Assembly: GCA_016748015.1 (NCBI GenBank)
Contig: JAAOMT010000098.1
Coordinates: 133,950-197,949 of the forward strand
DNA from: Geosiphon pyriformis uo1
Taxonomy: Eukaryota > Fungi > Glomeromycota
DNA: 64,000 nucleotides
Direction: 5' to 3'
The position numbers were made by a program, and so were the translations under genes. Of the stretch, positions 1 to 12,313 are shown in pieces. The notes under the pieces are model-generated. The model had not been told where the DNA came from. It saw only the letters and a program-made list of their open reading frames with translations, and did not search any database. Numbering within the stretch: the first letter of the stretch is position 1; every line of letters begins with the position of its first letter.

Positions 1-1168
1 AGAAAATTCTGGTTAATAATAACATAAAAAAATAGTTGACTGTACAAATTGAAAGGTGATCATCAAGGAGATTTCAGTCAATCTTCTCAAATCAATAATT
101 AAGATTATATTTTCTAAATTTGGTAAAATTGTTTCAGTTAAGTTGTAATTAATTGGTCTTTGGCAAAAGACTTTGATCGAATTTAAGTTAGTAAATATTG
201 CCAATTTGGTTGCTTCTAAGTAGTCTGTTCTCATAAGTAAGAATTCAGTGTGTGTTACTTTGGCTGTTGGTGACAAAAAATCATAAGTGTCAAGAGATTA
301 TTATCGGACTTTGCTATACACTTTGTTAATTGGAATCATGGCTCATGATTTGTCTGATTTATTGGACTTATATGGTAGAAAAACTTGTTTTATTAATCAT
401 AATTCTATTTTATATATGCATAATAGGTGTGTTGTAATTTGTTTTAATGATGAGACATCTAAATTGGCGGCTATTAGCTCTACTTCTGTTTTTAAGAGTG
501 TGAATTTGCACTGGGCTGGTTTTTCTCTGGCCTGTTGTGCCAAGTATAAGCAATTAGATCATGTTTCTGTTGTTTGTTCATTGAATGGGAATTTTGGTGT
601 TTATGAAAAATAGGTGGTAACTCCTCAAGATCGAGTCTATTTGGTCAATATATATAAGAAAAAGTAGGCACTTATCGCTTGTCCAGTTTCTTTTGATGGT
701 ATTTCTTAGGCAAAAGTTGTCAGTAGGTCTTCTTTTTTTCCTCTCTTTGGTCAAAATATTTCAGCAGGAAATGGCTTCTCTTCAATGATGAAGCCATCTC
801 TATTAGTTACAATGGAAGTTAATGACAGGTTTGTCACTCTTGAGTGTAGTCTTGCTAGTCTCATGGAGCAAGTGAGTCAGCTGGCTAAGAGGTTGAATAC
901 ATTTGGGCCAATAGTTTTCCAGTCTAGCCCTGGATGTCAGCCATAAGTGACCCCTTCATCACAGGATTAAAAGGCAAATGTAGTGATGAGTAAAAGTTCA
1001 GGTGCATCCACTAGTAATGTAACTGTTGTGGAAATGGTGTCTTTTGATATGTCTTCAGTGTCTAAAGTGGAAGACAACATAAAATGTCTAATGAAAACAG
1101 TATTGGGTCTTTCAGCCAAAGTTGAACATCTTGGTACAGATTTAATTTTCCAACCCCTTTCTCAATGA
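1..1168 (+). pseudogene. LINE-a ORF1 (nucleic-acid-binding, decayed CCHC knuckle), partial
   Basis: ORFs 287-613 and 983-1168 match ORF1 of the other copies; knuckle reads CAKYKQLDHVSVVC; ends ...PLSQ* at TGA 1166-1168. Confidence 0.85.
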
Positions 1169-1888
1169 GTGAGTTAATTTGGAAAGTTGCTATGTACAAC
1201 ATTAGAGGTATGAACAATTCTACAAAACAGAAAGATATTATTTGTTGGCACAAAAGTATGAATAATTTGGTTTTAATTTTCACTGAAACTATGTTAAGAG
1301 GGAAAATTCATTTTTAGATTGCTGATAAGTTTAATGGTGTTTATGTTTTTATTTTTGGTTTGAATTCTGGTCACATGAGTTCTGATGTTATGATTGTTAT
1401 AGACTTTTTTTTGGCAAAACATGTATATAAGGTTTTAAAAGTGCTTGGTTGACTCCTTTTCATCAAATTGCTTTTTAAAAATAAACTTTTTGTGTTGATT
1501 TTAAGGCTATATGCTGGTGCTTTTTCAGTGGTTCAATTTTTTTAGGCTGGTAAGATCAACTCTTTTATTGCTAAAGCTGTGAACAAGTCTTATTTCATCA
1601 TCTTTGGTGGCAATTTCAATAAAAATGGTTTTCATAAATGTGTTAGTTACAAAAAGTGCCTTGATTTGGGTTTGGTCAACTTTTTGGGTAGAAGCTCAAT
1701 TGCAAAGACACCAATGTAATGCAATTCTCATGGTGTTGTCAAAGTGATTGATTATATATTTGTTTCTTCTAATTTGGTTAATACAATAGTGAATTGCAAT
1801 ATGGCTAATATTGTGGACTATTTTAATACTGATTATAAAGCTGTTTCTGTTTCCATAAGTCTTGGTGGTTTGTTAGATGTGTGGCTGT

Positions 1889-2892
1889 TGTTACCAGACA
1901 AAATTAGAGATATTATTTAGCATGAAATTATCTTTATAATTCCCAACATTAATTAACATATATTATCATTTCAAATTATTACTTATTACATTAGCAAAAT
2001 GTCCGAAATTACCATGTAATTAATAACCCAATTTGTATATAACACAAATGTAACCTAATTGTGATGATCAATTATGCAATACCCCAAACTATGTAATATT
2101 CAAAAAGTTCACCGAAATTTGTAGAAATTTGCCGAAATAATTAATAGTTCACCGAAATATCTAATAGTTTGCAGAAATAACTTGTAGTTCACCAAAATAT
2201 ATCTTTAGTTTAGCGAAATTGTAAAAAAATAGCAAAGTTCAAGTTCATAGAATAGTGTTACAACAAGTTGTATAAAAGAAGAGCTTCTCTTTTCGAGGAA
2301 ATGTATTTTACTTTAGATTTATCACTTAGAACTATTTCTATATACACAAAAAGAAAGAAATATCAAATAATTCAAAAAAAACCAAATTCTTTAATTATTA
2401 CACTTGGAAAATCTTCAAAACCCAACTAACATTTTGAAATTGATTAGCTACCAATTTCAGTAAACTGTTAGTGACTTCAGGCCTGAATAGAAAACGTTTC
2501 TCTTGATAAAATTCTATTTCTTTTACATTTCTTTTATTTTATTTTATTTTCTATTATTTTTCTTTTATTTTCTTATTACAATCATTAGAGTAGCCTGCAG
2601 ACAAGATTCCTGTAGAAGAGTTGACTTTCACAGCAAAGTAACTACACATATTTAGTAAGCTTCCAGACAAGCAATTCTTGGGAAAGAGTTGACATTTACT
2701 ACAACATAACTACATAAAGTAACTGGCACGGAATTGGCCATTCCACTTATAAGCCCAGCAAGTTCAAATTATAGAAGATAATTTGAAGATAAATTCAGTT
2801 ATCAGAGGTTCAAACACTTCCCATAGTCATGAATTAACAGCATTACAACAAACATACAAAAGCTAAGAAGAGACCAAAAACCTCCAATAATA
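1889..2892 (+). mobile_element. Solo LTR (~1.0 kb) inserted in LINE-a just after the endonuclease domain
   Basis: Ends TGTTA...TAATA (TAACA with C>T). TSD CTGT at 1885-1888 and 2893-2896; removing the insert restores GGLLDVWLSLLCKQ. Internal AGTTCACCGAAAT-type repeat array at ~2105-2220, TATAAAA at ~2272, ~66-bp direct repeat at 2598-2720. Confidence 0.88.
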
Positions 2893-3945
2893 CTGTCTTT
2901 ACTATGCAAGCAAGTTAATAAAGATTGTTAGAAGTTTAATATCAAAAATGCCAATGAGGTAAAATGGTGTGAGTTTAGGAATGCCACAGTAGCTAATGCT
3001 ATTATGTTTTTGGATAATTTTGCTAAAGCAGAGGTGTTTTTAGATCTGTATACAATATATGATATTATTTGCAAGATAATAATTTTTTCAGCCAATAGTA
3101 TATTTAAAAAGAGATGATTCAAGAGTTTTAATGGTGTTTTTACCAAAGTGTTTTTTAGGTTTCATAAGCTGAAGTTGCTGGTATTTAAGTTAGTAAAAGT
3201 TTTTTATTTGGCTTTTAGTAAAAATTTTGCTTTGTTGTTAGAGACTTGGGATAGACTTAACAATGATAGTGTGGTAGAGTAAAATTTTTTTTTTTTCAAG
3301 TTCCAGTTTTAATGCTGTTTGTTCTGAGCTGGTTAAGATGAGGAAATCTGATCATTCTTTCAAGTTGTTAGAATCTAGACATGCTAAAAAGTCTCACATC
3401 TAACAGGCTATTAACAAAAAAATAGAAAGTTTTAAATTAGACAAGGATCATATCATTAAGCATGTGCTAGAACATTCTTTTTACAAGATGGTATTAGATC
3501 ATTTGATGTGGATAATAAATTAGTCTTGGAACTTGAGTTGATTAAATCTAAGGTGGATGCAATCATAGAGAGTTGGACTAGAAGGCATCAAGTGGTTGAT
3601 AATATTTCTGATAATTAGAATTATTAATATCAACTTTTGAAGTATGTTTTCAATAAAGCTTTTTCTGATATAATGTGTTCAATTGGATCTGATGAATTGT
3701 TTGTGATGGTTTCTAATTTGCCTAATGGCAAAGCTGCTGGCCTCTCAGATATCTCAAATAAGCTTTAAAAGCATTATAATAAATCAGTTTTAGATCTGCT
3801 TTTGGTACTTTTTAACTCTTATTTAGCTTGTAAATCTGTACACAGCTCTTGGAAGGAGACTTGAGTTTCAATGATTTCCAAACTATATGACTAGAAGGGT
3901 GTTTTAACAAATACACATCTTATTGTTTTAATTAAAACAGCTTAC

Positions 3946-4026
3946 AAGATTCTTTTCAAAATTCTTTTTAATAAGATTCTTTTCAAAATTCTTTTTAATA
4001 AGATTCTTTTTAAAATTCTTTTTAAT
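3946..4026 (+). repeat. In-frame 27-bp tandem triplication within LINE-a RT
   Basis: (aagattcttttcaaaattctttttaat)x3; other copies carry a single unit. Confidence 0.9.
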
Positions 4027-7000
4027 AAAATTTTTTCAGCATGTAGCACTTTTAATGTTTTTTGTGGGAACAATTTTTTGGTTTTGAAGGGCATAATAAT
4101 TCAGTCTTTCATTTTTGCAATTGGTTCGGTTATTGAAGATGCTTTAGAAAAAGACCAGAAGCTTTAACTAGTTTTGCAAGACATGTGGAAAGCATACAAT
4201 TCAGTCAGCTGGAAGCATCTTGAGAAGAGTTTGGTCAGAATTAAGATGTGCAACAAATTTATTCAATTTTTCAGTAGTATTTATAAGGATTGTACCAACA
4301 GAGTTATGACGGATTTTGGTTTGATAAGTGGTTATTATATGCATAATAGTTTGGACCAAGGAAAAGTTTTTTTCCCCCTTCTGTAGCACATATTTTATAA
4401 TTCTCTGTTGTGTAAAGTCAAGCATCAGAAAAGTATGTGTAGGTATAGGCTGAATTTTCATTTTGTTTTCAAAAGTGGTTGTACTGAATCTCAGGCTGGG
4501 CTTTTTTCTTTTTTTGCTGCTGGTGTCTTCATTAATAATACAATTTGGATTGATAGCAGTCAGAATGCTACTCAACATATTCTTAATATTGCTAATAAAT
4601 TTTTTCAGATTAATAATATTTCAATCAATAATAACAAGACAGTGGCCATTTTCATTAATAGCAGAATCAGTATTTCTTCTCTTTCTATCAGTAACTCACT
4701 TATTTCTATTGCTAAAAAAGATGAATCTCATTAATATCTGGGTATTTTTTTTTTAACTGAAAGTCTTTTGAAGCCTAGTTTAACTAAGATATATTTAGAC
4801 ATTCACTTTTTTACCAATTTGGTTCTGAGAAAGGTGGTCTTGAATAAGCAGTTTTTGTATTTGATGTCAACAATTCTTTATTTTATAGTCAGTTATAAAA
4901 TGCAGTTTAGTTTTGTTCCTGTTGGCATGTGCAACAAATAAGATGCTTTGATTCATAAAGGCTTAAAGCTTAAGTCTAGTCTGTTTTTTGATTTTTCTAG
5001 TGATACAATTTACCACCCCTCCTTTTATGGCTTAAAATCCTTTGTGCAAATTCAGTCTAAAAGTAAGATTGCTTCTCTTATTAGCTTTGTAAACTCTGGT
5101 GGGATTTTGGGCCAATTGTTTTCTTACAGGTCTTATAACTTGCAAGTTTTTTGTTGGCATCCTGTCTATTCTTTGAATTCTTCTGTTTATGTTTGTGTTA
5201 GTGCTTCTAATAATTTTTTGGCAGGCATGATTCATATTTTTTTTGATTATAATCTGTCTCTTAGTGGTTCTTTGGCCAATTTTTTTCATATTTGTGGTGG
5301 AGTTCTTATATCTGTTGTTCTTGACAAGTCAAAATTTTTCAAGTTTTTTCCTTCTTTTTGACAATATGGTGTTGCATTTGTGGATCAGCTTCATGATTGT
5401 CATGATGTTGTCTTTGATTGGTACATATTTAAATAGTGGAAAAGGCTAGATTTTTATGGCCCTGTTCCTGAATGGTTCAAGTTTTCTGCAGCATTTCTCA
5501 ATAATATGACTTTTTCTTCAACTCCTTCTTCAGTTTTAAATAGTGTTGGTCCTTTGAACATTCTTGGCTTAAGCAGTTTTGTGTTTGTATGTGATTATCT
5601 GTTTCAGATTGGTACTAGTAGTTTATTTGTATATATGGATAGGTCTTTGAAGAATTTAAGCACAGTTGGCTATAGAGTTAACACTACTGTTTTTTTGAAG
5701 ACATTGATTCGAGTTTGGGCATTGGTATTTTAGGTTTGATGTTATCTACTTTGGCTAAAATGCAAGCTATTGTATTGGTCCTGAAGTGTGTTCCTCTGTT
5801 TAGTTTTGTGCATTTGTTTTCAGATAGTCAATCTGTTTTAAATGTTTACAAGTCAGAATTGGATCTGGTTTGTTCTGATTTTTATAATTGGTGTTGGATT
5901 GAGTGTTGACATATTGTTGGTGTTATTCGCAGTAAAAATTTGAATGTTAGTTGGTACAAAATGAAAGATTACTCTGGCATTTTAAGAAATGAATGTGCTG
6001 ATGTGATCACTAGTAATGCTTCTCTGTCTGATTGGTTTCTCCCTCCTTGCTTGAGTAAACACTTTTTGGTAGCTGATGGTGGTTTTGTTTTTGGCAATTT
6101 TAGACATTTTGTTTATGACATTTATCATTCTATTTGTTGCACACATTGAAAGGTTGATTCTGGCTTGAAGTTTTTGGCTTGTGATTTGCTTTCTGAAGTT
6201 GATTGGCTCTACTTTTTGTTAATATAGCATTCTGATTTGTATATAGCTGCTGGTTTTATCAGCAGGCTCTTGGCTAATGTACACACTTATTTTATGAAAG
6301 CTTTGTATTATTGGTTGTCTGTGGCTGTTCGTAAATGTTTTTATTATAAATGTTATTTCAGTGTGTTGTGCTTATACTGTGGTGAGATAAAAATATCAAA
6401 TCATGTGTTTTCTTATAAGATTGACAAGTTTGCTTGGTGTCAGTTATTGGAATCCCATGTGAATTCTTAGAGGTCACTTTCTGGTTTTTTCCATTTTTTT
6501 TCAAGTGTGCTCTAGTTATTGTTGTTCTGTGTTTCTGATTTCTTTGTATCAATGGCTCTTTTTAAGAATTTTGTTTTTGATGATTGGTTTTATGAGACTG
6601 TTTCCATCTTTTGTGATCCCAAAATTGCTTGTCTGAAGATTGTTAAATTTGTGCACTCCTTTAGTTTTGCTTTTAAGGATAGTATTTGGTTAGTTCATAC
6701 TAAATATTATGTCTATATAAAAAAAAATAGCTTGATTCTTTTTGATAACTTAGCTTTCATATTAGTTTCTGGTTTAGCTTTGGGATTTTCTGCTGGTGTA
6801 GTCAAAATGCTTGGCATAGCTAAGGTTTTTGGCATACATTTTGGCTTTTGCAAATCTTGTTTGTTTTTTTTTGGAGTAGGTAATTTGGTTTTGGTTTATA
6901 TAGCTGCATAATATTGTTCTGATCAGTTCGAATGACTGGTTATGTATAGAAAAAACATAATTCACACCTAATATAGATTATTTTTTTGATGTATAGAACT

Positions 7001-7377
7001 AGACAGTGTTTGGATTTTACTCATTAAGCAAATTAAAAAAAAATTTACTATTTAAAAAATTCAAATACTTTGGGCTTTCAACTTTTTAACACTTATTTTT
7101 AAAAACTTAACTATAATTTTGAAAAGTTATATAAAACAATATTTATTTAAAAAAAAATTTCTTAAATTAAATTAGTCTTTGAACTTGCTTATTAAAAAAA
7201 CACAAAAACAATATCTAATGTATCAAAACTGGTTACCAAAAATGTATAAATATTAAAAGCAAGTTAACAAAATAATATTTACTATTATACTATTTTATAT
7301 TTTTAATTTAATTTTAAACTTCAAAATAATCTTTAAATTATTTTTTTAAAAATAAAAAATCTTATTAATTTTTACAG

Positions 7378-8316
7378 TATTACTCATAAAAATATAGAAA
7401 TCATATTAGTATATAAATTAGCCAATCAGAAGTAAATATAGTAAAATATGGAATTCCAGAATTTTTCTTAGAGAAATTACAAGATTTTTATATGAGAAAT
7501 TACAGAATTCCAGAATTTTAAGATTCTTCTTAAGAAATTGCAGAATTTCAGGAATTTTAGAATTTCTGATGTGAAAAATTGAGAAATTAAGAAATTTCAA
7601 ATATGTATATATAGCAATAGCATTAAAAGCAGAAAAAACAGACTTTTTAGTTTGGACTTTTTTTCCTATCTATTCACTAATCACTTCAAGAATAGTTTAT
7701 ATTTGCTAAAGTAAAATCATCAAATTATTAATAAAATACTTATTTATATCCAATTCATATTGTTACTATTTGATTAAAAAATATTCATCAAACTTTAATT
7801 ATCAATATTTTATGTTGATAGCTGCTGATACTTAACCACACTAGAACAATAACTTTTGATTATGACTATTAATGAAATACTAACTTAATTGCTTTGGCTT
7901 AAATTCTTCATTTTTTTTATTTTTTTTTTTCTTTTATTTGTTTTTTGTTGTTTACTTATTGATTAAAAAATCAATGCATAAAATTATTAACATCAAAGAG
8001 ACTGGTAAAAAACCTGTGAAACAAGAGTAGAACATTTACAGAATTGAGGATAGCTTACCAGAAAGATTACCAGCTATTATGCTGAAAAAAAATTTGACAG
8101 AATTGCAATTCTGAAAGACTACTAAAAACAATTATTGAATTTTTGTCTATTATACAAAGGACTCAACCAAAATCTTCAGATCAACCAAAATTTTCAGAAC
8201 AACTAAAACTTTCAGATCAACCAAAATCTTCAGATATTATCAATACCATTAAGCTATTGAGCACCAAGTTATGAGTTTGTTATTTGTTTCCAGACCTTAA
8301 ATAATTATCTATAACA
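7378..8316 (+). mobile_element. Solo LTR (~0.94 kb), same family as the LTR at 47650-48486
   Basis: Ends TATTACTCAT...TAACA. Perfect TSD ACAG at 7374-7377 and 8317-8320. Homologous to the reverse complement of 47650-48486, with similarity stopping exactly at TAACA. Confidence 0.9.
8164..8235 (+). repeat. 18-bp tandem repeat x4 inside the LTR
   Basis: (caaccaaaatcttcagat)x4 with few mismatches; about one unit in the paralogous LTR. Confidence 0.9.
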
Positions 8317-9399
8317 ACAGCTTATTTGAATTTACTTAACAAAAAAAAAATATTAGTAAAAGTTTACTTAAAAATAATTACTAAAATAAAACTAAATAGT
8401 TAAAAAACTAAGAAAACTTAGAAAAAAGCTTAGAAAAGAAAACTAAAAACATAATTATTTCATATTATATTGTCAAAATTCCTGATTTCTCAATAAAAAA
8501 TAATAAAGTTAGAAAAATAATTGGATAAAATAACAAAGACCATTAAAGTTAATAGATAAAATATAACCAAATTTTTTAAAACTATTTTTTACTTTTTAAA
8601 AAAAACAACAAATGTTTTTAATAATTATAATACTTTTAAAACAGCTTTTATTAAATATTTTACAAGTGTAAATACTTTTATTATTCTTAAAAATTGTTTT
8701 AGAAATATTAGACAATAATCTAATAAATCTGTTATTACTTATTTAAAAAGATTTAATAAATTTCTTAGAAGAATCAAACAACTAAAAACAGAAAATTATT
8801 ATTCAAATTTACAAATTTTTGATCAATTTATCTTCTAATTAAAAAAAATAGATTTTATTTACTTAATATTTTAGCCAAAATTATTCAAGCTGCCAAAAAT
8901 TATAAAATGATAATTGAAAAAGCAATTTACTCCAAATTTATAAACATAACTATTGAAAAATCTAGTATAACAACAGAAATAAAATTTAAAAACTTAAAAA
9001 AGAAAATTAATGCAAAATTAAGATTAAAATCAAAGCAAAAATCAGTTTTAACCACACCAAAATTAATTTAAAACAAAAAACACTGGGCCAAAAATTGTAA
9101 AATCAAAACAATAAAATTAGCAACAAAACAATCAATCTTATCAAATAAATTTCCTAATTTACAGCATTATTTATTTTTATTAAAACCTAGATATTTTCAA
9201 CCAAATTATTATTAAATATTAGTTTGAAATTATCAGCAAAATTCAGCTCTATATTATGTACTCAATATATTAGTAATTTATAATAGCAAAGACCAAATTA
9301 GTAAAATCAGTTTTTACTTCAGAATTAATTTCAATTATATATTTAGGAAATTATAACCATAATTAATTAGTCTAAGAAATAATAGACAACAAGGCTATA

Positions 9400-9756
9400 A
9401 GCAACCCCAGTTCATATGCAGTCCTTATTGACCATTTATTTTACAGGGACAAGCACAGGGGGAACAAGTTCAGTTATTTAGGACCTCAATTTCACGTTTC
9501 CCTGGTTATGAAGGTAACTTTTCTTGAATGATAATTGTATTCTGTACTGGTCCACTTTACATAGCTCTTTTACGTCAATAGCAATTGAGAAGTATCTGGA
9601 TGGGCACGCACCAGAAAAGTGGTTATACAAACACTTTTTACAACTCTATCATGATATTATCCTCGTCAAGCCGCCATTCAACGATGTTTGGAGTTCACTA
9701 GATGGGGCTTGGCGCAGAAGATTTCGCGAGGTAATCAAGTCACGCAATGGGAAGGA
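9400..9756 (+). repeat. Left arm of a ~360-bp inverted repeat (partial gene copy: exon-intron-exon)
   Basis: Reverse complement of 11693-12062, imperfect. Contains GT..AG intron at ~9513-9581 and exon AIEKYLDGHAPEKWLYKHFLQLYHDIILVKPPFNDVWSSLDGAWRRRF. Confidence 0.92.
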
Positions 9757-10544
9757 GAATCACTAGCCTCATCGTCGCTTCCATTCTCAACATTATCTTC
9801 GTCTGCATATCGAGTAATCCCGTCTTTGTCGTCTTTATTGGATTCGAAATGACCACCGTCGGATTCTTTTCTTTTACGCTTTCCTGCGGATACCTGTTTA
9901 CAGTTAAGTGTTTAGTAGGGGCCTCAGTAATTATATATTCTTAGATTTGAATAACAATGAAGAAGACCTGCCTTTCCCTCTTTTTTCTAGTCTTCCAAAT
10001 CGTCAACTTCACTTTCATCCTCTTCATATTCATTTTCGACTTCAGGTGAGTCGAAAGTCTCACACTATTAAATCTTAAACAGTAGTATGATAATAATTGG
10101 TGTAAATATTGCCAGTTACTCTGAATATTGAATAAAAACGTGGGAAGAAGATATTAAATATCTTACGATTTGCTCTGCAGGATGCCTGGCTTCACGCCGC
10201 TTTGAGCTCAGTTTGATCTCGTTATCTTCTTCAATGGCGATCTATGCAAAAAAAGAATGGCGGATATAAACTTATAAGAACAGCCACGGATTGCAGATTC
10301 TCTCTTGCCATGTTCGGTACTGATCTGATTGTTGTATAATTATCCTTTTACAAATATTTTTCCTGTTGACTTGGACTGATACTCCGAGGGTTCGCACCAC
10401 TTCTTTGTTTATAATTACCTCCGTTTACATCTGTAACTTGATAATACTAGCGATTGGCAATGCTTCGAGTAATGAGTCCTAGCCGTCGAATTTGTATTCG
10501 ATTCACACCCACTTCTTCAAATTTGAGAATCAGATCGTTCCAGT

Positions 10545-11640
10545 AAGCACGACTGCTCTCAATCTTGTTGGTGGCAGAATTAGTAAAACCATATAATCAG
10601 CATCCCATCATTAAACATGAGCGACGCAACCAATGATGAGTAAGTAGAAACTTAATGCTCCCAACCAAGTAGATACGTGATTGGGAGTTTCACTATTGGT
10701 CATTCGCAACAACGATAACCTAAGTAGAAACTTAACTTAGCAAGGGGATAATGTATTTACCTTTCATGAACACAAGAGGCGAGTGCAACGATGTCCGCGT
10801 GTTGAGAGTTTTTGCATCTTCTCATTAGTGATAGATAGACCACCTCCAGATTCCACGTCCAATTTATCCATTCGAACCATCTCAATCTCCACATTGTCCT
10901 CTAGCAATTCTTTTAAATTCATTTGATCTATTTACACGCTCTTAATTGAGGACAGATTCTGAAGTATTCCGAGAGTTCCAATAAATGGAAATTCTTGAAA
11001 TTGAGCCAATATTTCGCTAGAAGGTAAACTCTGTAGCAAGATAAAATTTGATCAGGTCCGTCATTGAAGGAGTGGTTGACATTTCAAATATATACCTTGA
11101 CCATATTCAGCACTACGTCCGTTGCCTCGTCTATGGCACTTCGTCGTGAGATGAGCTTTGAAGGTGCAAGCATCTTCAGTGTCTCCTCCGTTACGAACTC
11201 CTTTGCCCTTTTGTTAGCAGGACCGAGTCGGTTGGTCATAGGACGAAGCACGACTGCTCTCAATCTTGTTGGTAGCAGAATTAATAAAGCCATATAATCA
11301 GCATCCCACCATTAAACATGAGCAACGCAACCAATGATGAGTAAGTAGAAACTTAATGCTCCCAACCAAGTAATACATGATTGGGAGTTTCATGATTAGT
11401 CACTCGCAACAACGATAACCTAAGTAGAAACTTAATGCTCCCAACCAAGTAATACGTGATTGGGAGTTGTCGTCGTTGCCGCTAAAATCCTAAGAATAAG
11501 CGACGCAACCAATGATGAGTAAGTAGATACGTGATTGGGAGTTTCACTATTGATCACTCGCAACAACGATAACCTAACTTAATGCTCCCAACCAAATAGA
11601 TACGTGATTGGGAGTTGTCATCATTGCCGCTAAAACCCTA
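10545..11640. repeat. ~190-bp direct repeat (10545-10735 / 11246-11435) plus a modular array of 30-bp hairpin units
   Basis: Unit CTCCCAACCAAGTA(G)ATACGTGATTGGGAG at 10658, 11359, 11438 and 11585; half unit at 11521. Confidence 0.9.
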
Positions 11641-11692
11641 AACTTTTAAAAACTTATATCTTTTTTTACTTATACCCTTTTTCCAAATTGAC

Positions 11693-12062
11693 GCTTCCAT
11701 TGCGTGACTTAATTGCCCCGCGAAATCTTTTGCGCCAAGCCCCATCTAGTGAACTCCAAACATTGTTGAACGGCAGCTTGACAAGAATAATGTAAAGTTG
11801 TAAGAATTGTTCGTATGACCACTTTCTGTTGGGCGACTATCCAGACACTCCGCAATTACTATTAACGTAAAAGAACTGTGTAAAGTCGACCAGTACAGAA
11901 TACAATTGTCATTCAAGAAAAGTTACCTTCATAACCAGGAAAACGTGAAATTGATGTCTAAAATAACTGAACTTGTTCCTACTGTGCTTGGCCCTGTAAA
12001 ATAAATGGTCAATAATAGGAGACGCCGAACGGATCAAGGACTGCGAATGAACTGGGCTTGCT
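11693..12062 (-). repeat. Right arm of the ~360-bp inverted repeat
   Basis: e.g. gcgccaagccccatctagtgaactccaaacat is the exact complement of 9684-9715. Confidence 0.92.
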
Positions 12063-12300
12063 CTTGGCACTGAGACGAGTTGCCTCTGGCCTTCGCTGAC
12101 TTAAGAAGGAGCCCACCGGAGGAGTTCCCCATAACTAGCCCAACAAGTTGCCAGATCGCTTAGGTAGTTGCATCGGCGAGTTGCCCGACTCCTTTCCTAT
12201 CCTCTAGCCGCTTTGAAATATCAAAAGCAAAAATAGATTGAAGTTTTCAGGGGTGGCACAATAAAAGCAGATTGTTTTGTAGGAAGAAAAAATTTTCAGC

Positions 12301-12313
12301 TTACGTCACCAAT
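12301..12313 (-). promoter_or_regulatory. Possible promoter elements (CRE-like TTACGTCA next to CCAAT) upstream of the minus-strand pseudogene
   Basis: ttacgtcaccaat at the right edge of the CpG-rich island; motif match only. Confidence 0.25.

Larger units (their letters stand above)
1165..6911 (+). pseudogene. LINE-a ORF2 (AP endonuclease, reverse transcriptase, RNase H, C-terminal Cys motif), disrupted
   Basis: MSELIWKVAMYNIRGMN start; QDMWKAYNSV (RT); AAGVFINNT (decayed FVDD); VYMDRS...FSDSQ...RNECAD (RNase H); CLYCGEIKISNHVF. Confidence 0.9.
1..7043 (+). mobile_element. LINE copy a (APE-RT-RNase H non-LTR retrotransposon); 5' end outside the window; interrupted by a solo LTR
   Basis: Colinear with copies b-d: ORF1 3' half, ORF2 domains, conserved 3' UTR at 6912-7034, A-tail at 7035-7043. 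Confidence 0.95.
7044..9399 (+). mobile_element. Decayed Ty3/Gypsy gag relic; host of the solo LTR at 7378-8316
   Basis: ~8465-8830 translates YIVKIPDF...FRNIRQ*SNKSVITYLKRFNKFLRRIKQLKTENYYSNLQIFDQFI (retrotransposon capsid-like); knuckle remnant HWAKNC at ~9081-9098. Outer limits uncertain. Confidence 0.7.
9757..12062 (-). pseudogene. Rearranged multi-exon pseudogene of an uncharacterised fungal multicopy protein family
   Basis: Minus-strand exon-like segments with GT/AG borders: ...VWSSLDGAWRKRFRGAIKSRNGSVNLEK; IESSRAYWNDLILKFEEVGVNRIQIRR; acidic SPEVENEYEEDESEVDDLED; KRKRKESDGGHF...DDEASDSP. Has stops, frameshifts and an internal duplication; CpG-rich. Confidence 0.6.

Noticed and set aside
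8317-8330. Tf1-type self-priming site after the LTR
   Set aside because: The LTR is solo; the adjacent ACAG is the TSD and the following sequence belongs to the host gag.
10633-10690. Box C/D snoRNA (ATGATGA box C in the repeat unit)
   Set aside because: No properly placed CTGA box D or terminal stem on that strand.
10658-11614. CRISPR-like array (30-bp palindromic repeats with ~50-bp gaps)
   Set aside because: The spacers are themselves repeated, spacing is irregular, there are no cas genes and the context is eukaryotic.
11627-11643. Telomere-like AAACCCTAAA
   Set aside because: Single unit within a repeat linker; no array.
9400-12062. Pack-MULE/foldback DNA transposon with long TIRs
   Set aside because: No TSD at the arm ends, the arms consist of exon/intron sequence, and the CpG-rich block continues ~270 bp past the right arm.
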